Positions 53,101 to 61,873 of a stretch of 64,000 nucleotides of DNA are shown here, piece after piece (the stretch's first letter is position 1; every line of letters starts with the position of its first letter). Source of the DNA: Ostreococcus lucimarinus (taxonomy: Eukaryota). The DNA lies in assembly GCA_000092065.1 (NCBI GenBank), contig CP000594.1. One strand, given 5' to 3'. The notes under the pieces are model-generated. The model worked only from the letters and a program-made list of their open reading frames with translations, made no database searches and was not told the origin of the DNA. Position numbers and translations under genes: made by a program.

Positions 53101-56100
53101 TCATGTATATCAAGTCGACTGGTGCGACGTGGGCGATGCCGACGAATGGTTGGTCCGGTAACTTGGTGTACAACGCCACCCTTCGCGGTGACCCGAAACG
53201 CAATACCCAGGCAATCGGCTGTCCGCACGGCGGATGGGTAACATTTAACGATATCCTCATTAGTGGCTATCAAAGTAGGTTGCCCCCAATACACCACTGC
53301 GCTGTGTGTCCGGGTTTCAAAGGCGGCATGGAAGTTCGTTTCATGAATATGAAATTCGTCGACAGTGATACAAGGCGGCTCCGCGGTGGTTCAACATCTC
53401 GACCGCGCGTATTCTGGAACGGGTACAACTCCAACCTTTTGCTCGACGTGGATGGGACCCTGAGTGGATCGCCAGGTCCACGATGGGCGCATTCAGTCAA
53501 GGGCGCCAGTGATGATCCCAGGAACCGGCCGACGGGTCATTTTCCGCCAGAACACTGCACCCTCAATGATCACATCGGAGGTGTTGTTTGCGACGCCAAC
53601 ACTGTGTCGTTGCGAGAGGTGCAGTGGCGCCGTATCAAGCCCATGACCCTTATACCCATGGCGATGCAGACAGCACCTGATCAAAATGCAGGGCAAGTGA
53701 ACTTTTATCATTACGACCATATCGAGCGACGTTTCAATTGGCGTACGACATTGGTTATGGTTAAAAGTCCGAACGCGAAGCCATACATCCATAACTTTAC
53801 GTTTAAGTTTAAAACATGGCAAATTGATGACCCGGACGCTTGGTACATGGAGGTCCGTGAGCTTCAGCCCAATGAATGGGCTATAATGCGATTCCCCACA
53901 CTCCGCAATCCGTGGCGTTGGAACTTGAATTCAAGAATACCGACGGTCACATTGAATAACTACAATCAAAGTGATTATAGTTTCAATGAGAGCAAGGCCA
54001 TCACCACCACGAGCAACGAATGGCTGAGTTGGAAAAATCACAAGTTCGGCGACCACACATACCTACCCGTTGTGGAGACAAGGGATGTTAATGTAAAGCC
54101 AGATCCAGGGCTGCTCGATATCATGATATCTGGCAAGCGCGAACAAGGATGGACACAATCGTACGCCCTCGGTGCCAACTATGATGGCGCGCGTGAAGAT
54201 ATGCCCGTCTGCACCACTTCATGCGGAAGCTCGGCAAAGTCAACATGTGGCATGAAACGCTACAACTGCAGACCGGGCGACAAGAAACGATGTTTGCCGA
54301 TGGAAAAGCCTGCAAACTGCTTCGACAATCGACCTATACCCGAGGTAGATCCCGAGCCTAAAACTTTTTCCTGGTGCGACTCAAACGAAGTTTGGTCTCC
54401 GCCGGCATTCGGGGATGACGTCATGATCAAGGCTGGTTGGACGGTCATCTTAGATGAAACCTGTCTGGTGACCAACATAACTAGACACGTGGATTTATAT
54501 GGGTCCCTGTTGCTTCGTGATCCAGGCGCTGGTAAAACCATCAAGTTCCGAGCGCAGACCATCCACGTCGCGGCTGGGATTGGATACCTCGAAGCTGGTG
54601 ACCAGGATGATCCGATATCGAATGGCGACGTTCGTATCGAGCTTTATGGGAACAGATTTTCTAACGCTCGAATGGGCTACGGTATGGAGACAAAGTACAT
54701 CGCCGTTCTCGGACACCTCAGCCTCGTCGGAAAGGCGAGCGTGGAGCAAACGTGGTCGACGCTTAGAAGCGATGCGCCCGCGGGAAGCAGTACAATTGAA
54801 ACGACAGCCTGTGGCGGTTGGAATACTGGCGACACGCTCATGATTGGTGGCGCTATGCACAATTGGACCGGGATCAAGCATGCTTGGTTTTTGAGCGCGG
54901 AGCGCTGTGATATTTCCTCCATAGCAGTTGCGAGCGAAGGTTGCGTCATACGGTGTACTTCCAGCTTCAACTACACGCACTCAGGCCCGGCCCAAAAGCA
55001 CGAGGTCAGTTTTGGTGGAATGCCAGTGACTCTCATGCATAGGCGCTCTCCAGGTGGGCGCGTGCAGGTAGTTGGCATGGAAGACAAAAACAAGGCACTG
55101 GCAGAGCAGCACTATGGTGCTGTTATTACTATCCTGAAACCGAAAAAGAAAGGCTATGACGCAAAATTGGCTAAGAGATTCAAGATAGAACTCAAGACGC
55201 CCGAGCGCATGCAAGCGGCAACTGAAAGCATGAAACATGATCCCCCGCCTGAATGCCACCGCAGACAAGGTTCGGCTGTGATCGTCAATGTCAACTTTGC
55301 GCATTGCGGTCAGCGGCACTCTAGTCGCGCGTGTGTTTCTTTTGCCGCCGGTATTGGCGCTGAGTATCGAGCTACGTTCGCAGAAACGACATCGATGGCA
55401 CTCGTTGCGAACAACACATTTGCGGACGCCTACAATTTTGCCGTGAGCGCAGCAGGAGATGGAATTATTATAGAGAATAACGCCATCGCACAAACCTATC
55501 ACGGTGGATTCGAGGTCTCTGGTGCGAACAACACAATGTCTAATAACGCAGCTGTTCGATTATTCGACGATGTTAGTGATTACTTTCACGACATTGGGTC
55601 GGTTGGTTTCAAGTTGTCGGGATCAGGGAAATGGTATACTAACGTCGTCGCCTCCGTGCAGTACACTGGGTTTAAAATTCCTGGATATCCGTGCGAAATG
55701 ATGACTCCAGACGTGGAGGATGAGGGTTTAGACGTTCGCGCTGTGACCACCGTTCCCGCCGAACCTACAATGCGTGACCTTCGCGCGTATGGTGGCATGG
55801 TAGGCGTGAATCTGCGGGGCGGGCGTACTCGGATGGTCACACGTGAACCGGTGGAGGCCTACGCGCCGCTCGAGTGTCGCCAATGGAGCGACTTCGAGAT
55901 TCGTTCAATGGTTTGGTACGGCGTAACCACGTTTGGTCAGGGAAAAACGTCTATTGTGTTGAAAAACTTTAATATTTGGGACACCGGACTTGGTTTCGCG
56001 CTGTGGATGGTCAACGGTGGCTCAGCCGCAGGTTCGAGCAGCGAGCGAGGGCATTTCGCAGAAATCAGTGACACGACGATAATCGGTTCTGCAAGTCGAT

Positions 56101-58946
56101 GTAGAAACGACGGCATTGGGTTTCCCGCGTTTTACTTAACGGCAGAACCGTACCGGCCGGATCAAGGAGTGAAAACGCCATCGCGCTTTGGTGGAACGAC
56201 GCTAAGAAACATAAGGTTTCGCGATTTCGGCGCATGTGAAAAGAAAGGCGTTCGTCAAGTTCGTCAAAAGAATTACGCATTGGTGAACGCCATGAACCGT
56301 GGGCGATACGCGTGGGTTTACTACGACAACGCGAACCCCGTGCGATCTTCTGGCTTGAGCTTTAAGGGTGTACCATTCGAAAACAGGTTACTCATGATCC
56401 ATCCAAGCTGGGGTCGAATAGGCAATGGGAAATGGGGCTGTGCCCAAATGTACTGCGACGGACATCGCAACACGTTTGTGATGGATGAGGACGGTTCGCT
56501 GCTCGGTGATAACGCCGCATTCGGGACCATCTTGCCCGAAAACGAGATTGGTTGGTTCAAGAAACTGGCCTATATCGATCCGCTCAGCCGTGACATTCTT
56601 GAAGATTTGGTTCCATTCACACACCAGTGGCTGCCCAACGGTACCAAACTGACGCCCATGCGAGGGAAGCTCTACGACGAGCCAGGCCATCTCAAAATGG
56701 GCTGTCGAAAGGAGGCTTCATGGCAGGCGTGGCTCTGTCCCGAACACAGGCACAGGCAAATAATCCACGAAAGTTTGGACGGCGATCACACGAAGAGGCG
56801 CATCTCCCCAACTTCTGTTCTCACAGAGCTACCATCTCAGAGCAAGCGTTTCATGTCTCTGTACACTGGGCCTGCGAAATACGGAGGAAACTGGGCAGGT
56901 AAAATAACCAGACATAACACACTCTGGATTACCGGCCATGTCGGCGCGACGCACACGATCCACCACTCGAGCACGAATCCATCCATTTCGCGCGTAACAT
57001 TTGCCGATGCCACGGAGGATGAGGCCGTGCATGTCAAGCTTTATTACGGCGTACCAAATCGTGTCGACGTTTACGTCGATGGAAGGTACGTCCCACCGCT
57101 TGCGAACATCACTTGGGATCAGCCGGACGTTCCTGATATCAGTAGCTCGGGCAGTCTTGAGACTATGCCACACGGCGCGAACTTTTACAATCGTCTGAAC
57201 GGTTATCTCGAATTCGTGCTGAGAGGCCCTAAAGAAGTGCAAATTCGCGTCTCGAACATCGTCGTACTCAGCGCTACCGTCACAGTCACCGAGGACACAT
57301 TCTTCGTGCCGGGAATAAAAGCACTGGTGAACAACATTCGTCTCTTGCTTAACATTCCGGAGGAACGAATCGCAGTCGCGGGAGTTGGCGATTTCAAGCT
57401 AGCGAAACAAATCGCAAAAACTGAAGCATCCTCCCTTGGGTCATCTGGAGACAGTACTGAGCACGTCATCGAATTGCTCATAGAGGAGGCAACTACAACA
57501 CAGCTCAGTTCGAGCGAGGAAGACGTCGAAGACGTAGATCCGGTCGCAGAGGCAAACGCGTACTCGAACTCTAGTTCTGAGCTTACTTCGCTGGCTCGGC
57601 GTGTGCAGCAAAACGCTAAAAATTTGACGTTGGGAACTGCTCTGGGGTTGGCAAATTCAACATTACCAGTTGAAAAGTCACCTATTGACATGGTGGCGGG
57701 CTGGACGTGTGAAACCAGAATGTATAACGATGGCACTTGCGATTGTGATTGTGGCGCGTGGGATCCTGATTGTGACGGTGGGCAGACTATCTTGCGAGGC
57801 TGCCCATCGCACGCGGAGATCAACAGCACCGGTACCCCATTTGAATTCGCAAATAGTGTACGGGCATACTGCGTTAACAATTCAGACGTCGTGACGTGTA
57901 GTTTAGCAGTGCCTCCTGATGACCTCTGCAACGAGTGGCCATGCCTGGATAGTGATCCGTCTGATGTTCTCGTCTCTTACTTACAACGGGCCTCTAGTAA
58001 TGAGTTAAAATGCGTCAAGCGGCAGAGTTCGCCACATGCAATGCATACGGGAGAGTGTGCTTTAAGCATGTTGGACGAGCGTGGCGACACCCTTGAACCG
58101 ATTCTGAGCTGGAACTCCACAGATTTGCCTGCTTCACCACAACCACAAACGTCATCTTCGGTACCGTCTTCACCGCGTCCGGATGTCCCCGCACCAGTAC
58201 CGTCTTCATCGCGTCCGGATGTACCCGCACCAGTACCGTCTTCGCTGCGTCCAGATGTACCCGCACCGGTACCGTCTTCGCCGCGTCCGGATGTACCCGC
58301 ACCGGTACCGTCTTCGCCGCGTCCGGATGTACCCGCACCGGTACCGTCTTCGCCGCGTCCGGATGCTCCGCATCGAGGCCCCTCACGAGAGTCAGCACAA
58401 GCGCGACGAGACCGCCGTCGTGACGACCGCGCGCGTCAAAGACGAAGCATTAGAAGGCTTCAAAGACAAATCGCTAGAAGATTTTCTGTCTCACAGGAAG
58501 ACTTGAGAAATGCGACAACATTGAGCTCGATTGTTGAGCTTGCGCAGGCTGAGGTGCAAGAAGCCCAACGCTCCGTACCAACACTACAGACGAAATATGA
58601 GTCGGCGAAGGCTCTGTACAAAGGGAACAGAACTACTACAAATAAAGCGGCGCGCCGCCAGGCAAAGATAAATTTGCGCGTTGGAAGAAAACAACTGAGG
58701 CGCGCGAACAAGAAGCTTGAATTACTTGAAGAACTCAGCAGGGCACTCACCACACCGGAACAAGGCGGCGCTTTTGCCCTTGGTATCGGTAACCCACGCG
58801 GACGAGAAAATTCGATGCTCGTCGTCGCTGTCGCGATGGGCGCGTGCGCCATGGCCTCCCTCGCCGTGCGATCTCACCGCAGAGCGAACAAACGACTTTA
58901 CGTGGATGAATCCACGGCACTCTTGAGGAATCGTAGGCGTTTTTGA
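47112..58946 (+). CDS. giant (~3,940 aa) fibrocystin-L/PKHD1L1-like single-pass membrane protein. Order: signal sequence, TIG/IPT-like domains, G8 domain, parallel beta-helix (PbH1) repeats, second G8 domain, beta-helix region, 6 x 11-aa Pro-rich stalk repeat, coiled coil, C-terminal TM, short cytoplasmic tail
   Basis: First in-frame ATG at 47112 (the track's 47070 is TTG). Signal-like MRVFAMSGLVATITMSTAAGAAHG. TIG-like QTPTIVAVEPAEVRPGELITVYGRTCFG. G8-1 is FSDPSTWGPRGVPDQNSTDMLFIPAGFNLTLDVADTYFRVWVIEGHLNF...IVINGDDAHFSIGSETRPFEDQANIIMHG. PbH1-like runs include NRAIAVHGCYRLNIINNVAYNILGHGMFVEDG...NANNFFIGNRVSSSNHHGYWFD. G8-2 is SWCDSNEVWSPPAFGDDVMIKAGWTVILDETCLVTNITRHVDLYGSLLL...GDVRIELYGN. 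Stalk repeat is RPDVPAPVPSS x6. TM is MLVVAVAMGACAMASLAV, tail RSHRRANKRLYVDESTALLRNRRRF. Confidence 0.8.
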   Translation: MTSATPKRRRARRFLYAFGGPTLLFNLMRVFAMSGLVATITMSTAAGAAHGGGASMDEGPAQMHYMPDRFRSLAGGGWLTISSRDVHKSLMPMPGMRGGGEGANESAVSGSAMKDEVKIDLAHGDPDGERSCDLVHYKSSSNELVCSPRAVDCCLDGLTAQELASVSDGCPSVRPELNVEVNGQRLTWGSAGRNGRDTLTDESLKVSHGQTPTIVAVEPAEVRPGELITVYGRTCFGDVWKKDEDDGSSLRDDPDALRDLFSVEASAREDPRQEIGLEKSLYKVLIGDLPCEVRDPLTNRYYRSERGDGPYTAHRQTECGPVNGWFQCRVPQDIDSGLHLLHYETYTRGNAVILSEALRWNASDASKGYVLSVVDDKSEDEDPPRVYNITQLSKDESKQRLLVEGASLDAPNIVVELDGERCGGKKVVSRSGIEVECSGSAGASSQYHYGPPAWLREDWVFKDKNNKFVGGKAWSNALHVLKQRGERYNPLADEVMDALSSALATNGIVRGYKIEKVQQYLTSPSVGSPYVEATSGMKAAHAGLIRHRRIRNAVFERVSGVITAKANGRMRVAIANAAGNNMVLRVRHVSDNLNVFKPWLLVSKFCGTRYSRQNIYRYGFSQWFSVRGNEKYYMEFLMNLDPRYLHNFGGFDVKMEFSYDAGNPAGSIGQLTHTTTPHVPKRAHGGDYVVRFSGASKTAIRFAHNATSSRSNFEWKLFSGGKTIEFNTKNWLHAREHVRKVRDALRWANCTALPEDSKMWDADSTHSSHPFDVENRWLMVRDTQTFKEPTTDWNFIWQRRMGGFRGASIDWSTSYCSTHSQKFDLSSLPPGRVITPSSHFDVPASSRATTNKFLNFAYKVTPGTRATLLLRLKYRSGNRDISTTCAVLLTHEQATGNVKNFDHPACVDLRSVFKDDGEWHFISFDWRTALAGGEYAPSYLGEAMFPHKVQVQLDGIGVGAQRFLGKCPNKQRLAEMYVGDEGSELRGYLWLDSVSVTQERYSPQRVETPSAQLGGMQEGVHAITDIEYSVISRSDGSKCKSLSDCDIIVSLRQVKRCIDAQSRGDFNISPMVMSQTSPNPQPATVSCGRHYAANCSTCPWKVSAEGVRGRWMGWKYCNGACEWRWHGRINAGGTCVSKPAPTPPAITVTDRTSSTRGTVTAQITGGTMTQFSTSANSSEVQDALRHVLGAHDGGFVVSPSMDLFDACGVSAHRMRVAHASDLESIQARYKEVVNGVPLGMLPKSSRGRTAENDAGLLNITVNVSGGLAEIVATDESSDFIGMVPLDTRTDLDVRALIRGGDAVLATAVVTDGDTVVPCSVSPDRMSATGFKQVPNGQAFVGDASCHIIVPHEEVASDATVHAPTELNQDGFPSLGESVSQSSPTDQKRRRDVETIRRRSMSNSLKFPGHDTWAKRDLSMSRSDLGRLTVTVVGFGARVHNGAAHRRAANHARKLLKTELVAKDAGQGSLNNTKSKYEFPAGAGRFSDPSTWGPRGVPDQNSTDMLFIPAGFNLTLDVADTYFRVWVIEGHLNFQRGMNITMQAEMIVINGDDAHFSIGSETRPFEDQANIIMHGHWRSLGLPKYGVKCISLTSGRLTFYGQHVTPWMELATTASANANVISVRSKEGKTPDLAGWKPGASIVVTSTSYGDRRCRQNRTDDCQPEERVIESVTPRGNFADITLDRPLKYEHLGESVNVAGSPRGATIERRAEVMLLTRNINVRGTTEHNGYKLVGFGAHTMMMSGQMVLKNVEFGPNVGQAFQLGRYAIHYHTPNEKMFKYGLTASNDPRMQGADQRLSRVEGVSVHQSNNRAIAVHGCYRLNIINNVAYNILGHGMFVEDGVEMWNLFKDNVVSLVHRSFSLLNTDQTPAAFWISNANNFFIGNRVSSSNHHGYWFDPPGGPTGPSSRTLTGPLEIQKLSTRKVPLGQFENNRAHSNGHSGLWIDQINTVLQQGGRLRMYMVGTHVWNNGINGFGMITGVGHLQIVNTFAMGNGIDIMYIKSTGATWAMPTNGWSGNLVYNATLRGDPKRNTQAIGCPHGGWVTFNDILISGYQSRLPPIHHCAVCPGFKGGMEVRFMNMKFVDSDTRRLRGGSTSRPRVFWNGYNSNLLLDVDGTLSGSPGPRWAHSVKGASDDPRNRPTGHFPPEHCTLNDHIGGVVCDANTVSLREVQWRRIKPMTLIPMAMQTAPDQNAGQVNFYHYDHIERRFNWRTTLVMVKSPNAKPYIHNFTFKFKTWQIDDPDAWYMEVRELQPNEWAIMRFPTLRNPWRWNLNSRIPTVTLNNYNQSDYSFNESKAITTTSNEWLSWKNHKFGDHTYLPVVETRDVNVKPDPGLLDIMISGKREQGWTQSYALGANYDGAREDMPVCTTSCGSSAKSTCGMKRYNCRPGDKKRCLPMEKPANCFDNRPIPEVDPEPKTFSWCDSNEVWSPPAFGDDVMIKAGWTVILDETCLVTNITRHVDLYGSLLLRDPGAGKTIKFRAQTIHVAAGIGYLEAGDQDDPISNGDVRIELYGNRFSNARMGYGMETKYIAVLGHLSLVGKASVEQTWSTLRSDAPAGSSTIETTACGGWNTGDTLMIGGAMHNWTGIKHAWFLSAERCDISSIAVASEGCVIRCTSSFNYTHSGPAQKHEVSFGGMPVTLMHRRSPGGRVQVVGMEDKNKALAEQHYGAVITILKPKKKGYDAKLAKRFKIELKTPERMQAATESMKHDPPPECHRRQGSAVIVNVNFAHCGQRHSSRACVSFAAGIGAEYRATFAETTSMALVANNTFADAYNFAVSAAGDGIIIENNAIAQTYHGGFEVSGANNTMSNNAAVRLFDDVSDYFHDIGSVGFKLSGSGKWYTNVVASVQYTGFKIPGYPCEMMTPDVEDEGLDVRAVTTVPAEPTMRDLRAYGGMVGVNLRGGRTRMVTREPVEAYAPLECRQWSDFEIRSMVWYGVTTFGQGKTSIVLKNFNIWDTGLGFALWMVNGGSAAGSSSERGHFAEISDTTIIGSASRCRNDGIGFPAFYLTAEPYRPDQGVKTPSRFGGTTLRNIRFRDFGACEKKGVRQVRQKNYALVNAMNRGRYAWVYYDNANPVRSSGLSFKGVPFENRLLMIHPSWGRIGNGKWGCAQMYCDGHRNTFVMDEDGSLLGDNAAFGTILPENEIGWFKKLAYIDPLSRDILEDLVPFTHQWLPNGTKLTPMRGKLYDEPGHLKMGCRKEASWQAWLCPEHRHRQIIHESLDGDHTKRRISPTSVLTELPSQSKRFMSLYTGPAKYGGNWAGKITRHNTLWITGHVGATHTIHHSSTNPSISRVTFADATEDEAVHVKLYYGVPNRVDVYVDGRYVPPLANITWDQPDVPDISSSGSLETMPHGANFYNRLNGYLEFVLRGPKEVQIRVSNIVVLSATVTVTEDTFFVPGIKALVNNIRLLLNIPEERIAVAGVGDFKLAKQIAKTEASSLGSSGDSTEHVIELLIEEATTTQLSSSEEDVEDVDPVAEANAYSNSSSELTSLARRVQQNAKNLTLGTALGLANSTLPVEKSPIDMVAGWTCETRMYNDGTCDCDCGAWDPDCDGGQTILRGCPSHAEINSTGTPFEFANSVRAYCVNNSDVVTCSLAVPPDDLCNEWPCLDSDPSDVLVSYLQRASSNELKCVKRQSSPHAMHTGECALSMLDERGDTLEPILSWNSTDLPASPQPQTSSSVPSSPRPDVPAPVPSSSRPDVPAPVPSSLRPDVPAPVPSSPRPDVPAPVPSSPRPDVPAPVPSSPRPDAPHRGPSRESAQARRDRRRDDRARQRRSIRRLQRQIARRFSVSQEDLRNATTLSSIVELAQAEVQEAQRSVPTLQTKYESAKALYKGNRTTTNKAARRQAKINLRVGRKQLRRANKKLELLEELSRALTTPEQGGAFALGIGNPRGRENSMLVVAVAMGACAMASLAVRSHRRANKRLYVDESTALLRNRRRF
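58156..58375 (+). repeat. 33-bp tandem repeat x6 (ccgtcttcrccgcgtccggatgtmcccgcaccrgta) encoding (SS[PSL]RPDVPAPVP)6 inside the giant gene
   Basis: Read directly. Units differ by 1-2 synonymous or conservative substitutions. Confidence 0.85.
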
Positions 58947-59029
58947 ACAGTACAATTTTGTCATACCTACAGTCGCAAGCAAAAACGCCACATTCAAATT
59001 TGGGCGTCCCGCTTAAGATTTCGGTACCC

Positions 59030-59072
59030 TCGCTTAAGATTTCTTCAGAATGGAATCTCTGAACGCAAGGCG
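59030..59072 (+). repeat. third copy of the cgcttaagatttcttcagaatggaatctctgaacgcaag repeat also found at 44703..44746 (inverted) and 44966..45013. Adjacent 58990..59012 matches a further piece of the 44.9-kb region in inverse orientation
   Basis: ccctcgcttaagatttcttcagaatggaatctctgaacgcaagg matches 44966..45013 at ~95%. gccacattcaaattt is the reverse complement of aaatttgaatgtggc at ~44941. Confidence 0.6.
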
Positions 59073-59544
59073 TGAAATCACTTAGCCATCCTGCCCGAGT
59101 CTGACGAAAGTAGCAAAGTAGCACTTTTTGCACGCCTCCCAAAGGTGGCCCCTGGGGAAATTATTTATTTTGTGGAGTGGTGAAAAATAAAAATTCCCAC
59201 TGGATACCTTCTGGGACACTGCTTTTTTGCTACTTTTGCTACTTTTTCGACGAGATCGGGGTACTGCAAAGCACACGGCGAAGACGGGTGGCCGATGATC
59301 CGTGTGCGCGTGTCGCCTTTGATGGGTCGCTCCCGTTCATGACTCAAGAGTTGTCGCGCGACCTCGCGCGTGCACGAGGGTGCCACGTTTTAGGTACCAG
59401 AGGTGCCCATTTCTTCGTGGTAAGATGGTCCCTCGTGTATCACGCCGCTCCCCTTTAAGCATGAAAAGTTGTGTCCAATATATTGCGCGCGATGTCCGAT
59501 GGTACATCATACAATATCATAGTTAAGCCACACTTATCATACGA

Positions 59545-59705
59545 CGGTGGCGGTCCACCTGTCGGTCGTCACAGAAAAGTTGCGTCTGAGACTGAGGATG
59601 TGTGTTGCTCATGTGTCTTATATATACCTCATACATACATATATTAACATTTACAACGATATGTATGGGGTGCCCAGCCCATCCGCGCGGCGTGGCTTCT
59701 GCCGG
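59545..59705. repeat. copy A of a ~150-bp dispersed repeat (ggcgg.ccacctgtcggt...gaaaagttgcg...gaggatg...ctcat.aatacatatatta...ggtgcccagcccatccgcgcgg)
   Basis: Alignable by eye to 60450..60613 at ~75-80% identity with indels. Both copies end in the identical 22-mer ggtgcccagcccatccgcgcgg. Confidence 0.6.
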
Positions 59706-60024
59706 TTTTTGCCATTCGAACCATGAGAAACTACAACTCTATAATAACTTAAACTTAAAATTTTTTTAAGTTTAAGTACCTACACGTTAGTAATTTTGAA
59801 AATTTTTGTGACCCGTGACTCCCAAGCAAAAAGTCGCGCGTTGCTCCAGTGGCTGGGCACCCAAACATGGACCCAGACTCATGAATCATGAACCGTGAAT
59901 AGCCGAGTCCCAGGATTGACGAATCATGACTCGTATCAATCCGCCGCTCCCGAATGCGTGTGCCCCGTGTGACGAAATCGTCTCCGGGATCCGGAGGAAA
60001 AAACCTCCAGGAGGAAAACCTAAA

Positions 60025-60116
60025 GCGCGCGATCGACGTCTCCGAACGTCAAAGCCCGCCGCCTCCCTCCGCGCGCGATCGACGTCTCCGAACGTCAAAG
60101 CCCGCCGCCTCCCTCT
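60025..60116 (+). repeat. 2 x 46-bp tandem duplication (gcgcgatcgacgtctccgaacgtcaaagcccgccgcctccctc)
   Basis: Read directly. The copies differ at 1-2 positions. Confidence 0.8.
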
Positions 60117-60449
60117 GCGCGTGCTCGCGCGCCCGAGGAACGGTCAGCGTTTCCGCTCCGGCGTCCAGTAGGAGTTCCCGTGAAACGGACCAAAAGGAGG
60201 CTTTGTTGCGTGTTTGCCAGTTTTCGAGGACGTTGGAGTGAGAGGGCGCTTGCCGAGATGCCCTCCATCTTGATCTCGCGCGAAAACTGTTTCATGTTCC
60301 GCCGGGCCATCGTCGCCGATCGCGTCGCCGTGCATACTGTCCACGGGCTTAAAAAGGTCGCGGAGGTCAACGTTATCACTCATGGTCATTTTTTGACGTT
60401 TTGTTTCTGTCGCGCCCGACATCTTGCGTCGGAGTGGGTCAATGGCGAC

Positions 60450-60613
60450 GGCGGCGGCGGCCCACCTGTCGGTGTTTACGGAAAAGTTGCGGCTCGAAAT
60501 GAGGATGGCGTGGCCCATGTTTCTTATAGATACCTCATGAATACATATATTACAAGTTATAATGCTATTAATATATAATTGATTGGATGGGTGCCCAGCC
60601 CATCCGCGCGGGC
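60450..60613. repeat. copy B of the ~150-bp dispersed repeat, lying just 3' of the GIY-YIG ORF
   Basis: See copy A (59545..59705). Confidence 0.6.
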
Positions 60614-60644
60614 TGTATCTAGCTAGCTATGTATGTGCGACGGA

Positions 60645-61145
60645 TTAAAAACAGCACCAAATATTTTTTAAACAGCACCAACATTTTTTATAGTCGGTTT
60701 CATCGGTTTCCTCGATGGTCGAGCCTAGTTCCAGTTCACCGAGGAGCTGCTCGTCTTCTTCATGCAACCACGGTTCGTCCGCGCGTCCAGGCACAACGTT
60801 CGGACACTGGTTCACAAAATGGCCCAACTGACCACACCTGAAGCATCGATCACCCGCACCTCGCATCATGAGTTCGATAATCTCGAGGTGCGATCTCGGG
60901 AGAACGATCTGACTGAACGTCCCACCGCGTACGTTCTCAACGCCGTGTTCGGCCATGAGTCGTAACACGTGCTTGTCCTCGTCAAATGGTCCACATTCCT
61001 CGATGAACAGTCGACGGTACGGTTTGTATTTTTTCGTCCACGCGGCACCCATGCCGCGAAAATGGTCGTCGATCCTCGACCTGTTGTCGCACCGCCCCAC
61101 GTAGTATTTGCCCTGCGCACACGCGAGGCCGTATATCAGTGACAT
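60645..61145 (-). CDS. GIY-YIG nuclease-domain protein fused to a CCHC zinc knuckle and an acidic, Cys/Trp-rich tail (166 aa). Candidate selfish or mobile-element nuclease
   Basis: Verified ATG at 61145. N-terminus MSLIYGLACAQGKYYVGRCDNRSRIDDHFRG...AAWTKKYKPYRRLFIEE...HVLRLMAEHGVENVRGGTF carries the GIY...YYVG, conserved R, and catalytic E / N-V-R-G-G elements of GIY-YIG nucleases. CFRCGQLGHFVNQCP is a CX2CX4HX4C zinc knuckle. C-terminus is ETDETDYKKCWCCLKNIWCCF. The ORF lies in a ~50% GC repeat-flanked island. Confidence 0.55.
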   Translation of the reverse strand: MSLIYGLACAQGKYYVGRCDNRSRIDDHFRGMGAAWTKKYKPYRRLFIEECGPFDEDKHVLRLMAEHGVENVRGGTFSQIVLPRSHLEIIELMMRGAGDRCFRCGQLGHFVNQCPNVVPGRADEPWLHEEDEQLLGELELGSTIEETDETDYKKCWCCLKNIWCCF

Positions 61146-61269
61146 GATCCATGTGGTCTAGTGCCCCCGGGCCGTCGTCGCGCGCGCCGCGGTGTGCGGG
61201 GGCACGCAGACCAGCGGCGGCGGTCGAGTCGCAGATGCGTCCATCACTGACGTCGAACGAGAATCGGGA

Positions 61270-61440
61270 TCACCCGTGGGTCCGTTGGCGCCCCGCGGGT
61301 GTGTGTGTCAGCCCTCAGGATAACCAGCCGCGCGAGGATCAAATCAAACATGGACCCGAACTCGCGGGTGTCGACACGGTCGGTCGGACATATGGAGCCT
61401 CACAATTTGGCCGTATGACCACATATATTAATTTATGTAT
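61270..61440. repeat. partial (left-half) copy of the 44.2-kb hairpin element: cgccccgcggg + gtgtgtg + cagccc ... cggacatatggagcctcac... + atatattaat
   Basis: ggtcggacatatggagcctcacaatttggccgtatgaccacatatattaatttatg resembles 44187..44240 (cggacatatggagcctcactattaagacacactgtcatatatattaatggattt). The upstream gcgccccgcgggtgtgtgtgtcagccc resembles 44145..44170. Confidence 0.5.
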
Positions 61441-61873
61441 GGCTATCATCCCGTGCTATCCCGGGGGTAAATTACAGTACAGTAATCTATACCCGGGATA
61501 GCGCGGGCTGAATAGAATAAATCCAGTAATATACGTTGTTTTTTGGTGTTGCACATTTTTTTAGTGTTACACCGCGCGTGCAAGCGACACTTCGTCCCGC
61601 GGTGGCGGAAGTTCTGTCATCTATAGAAAGCGATCTTCACCATTGATCAGTTCGATTAGCTCTGTTCTTTGAGCGTACTCATTATTCTTGGATCACTTAA
61701 ATAATCTTAAGCGGTGACAGAAAAAACAAAATTTTGGTGATTTTGGTGATAATCCGACCGACCGAACAACACGCGCGCTCGAACGAACGTCGAGTGTTAC
61801 GCCATCATTCGTCCGCGCTCTTGCACGTGAACTCGAGGCACCGACGAAAGAAAAATCACCACATAATCGCCCG

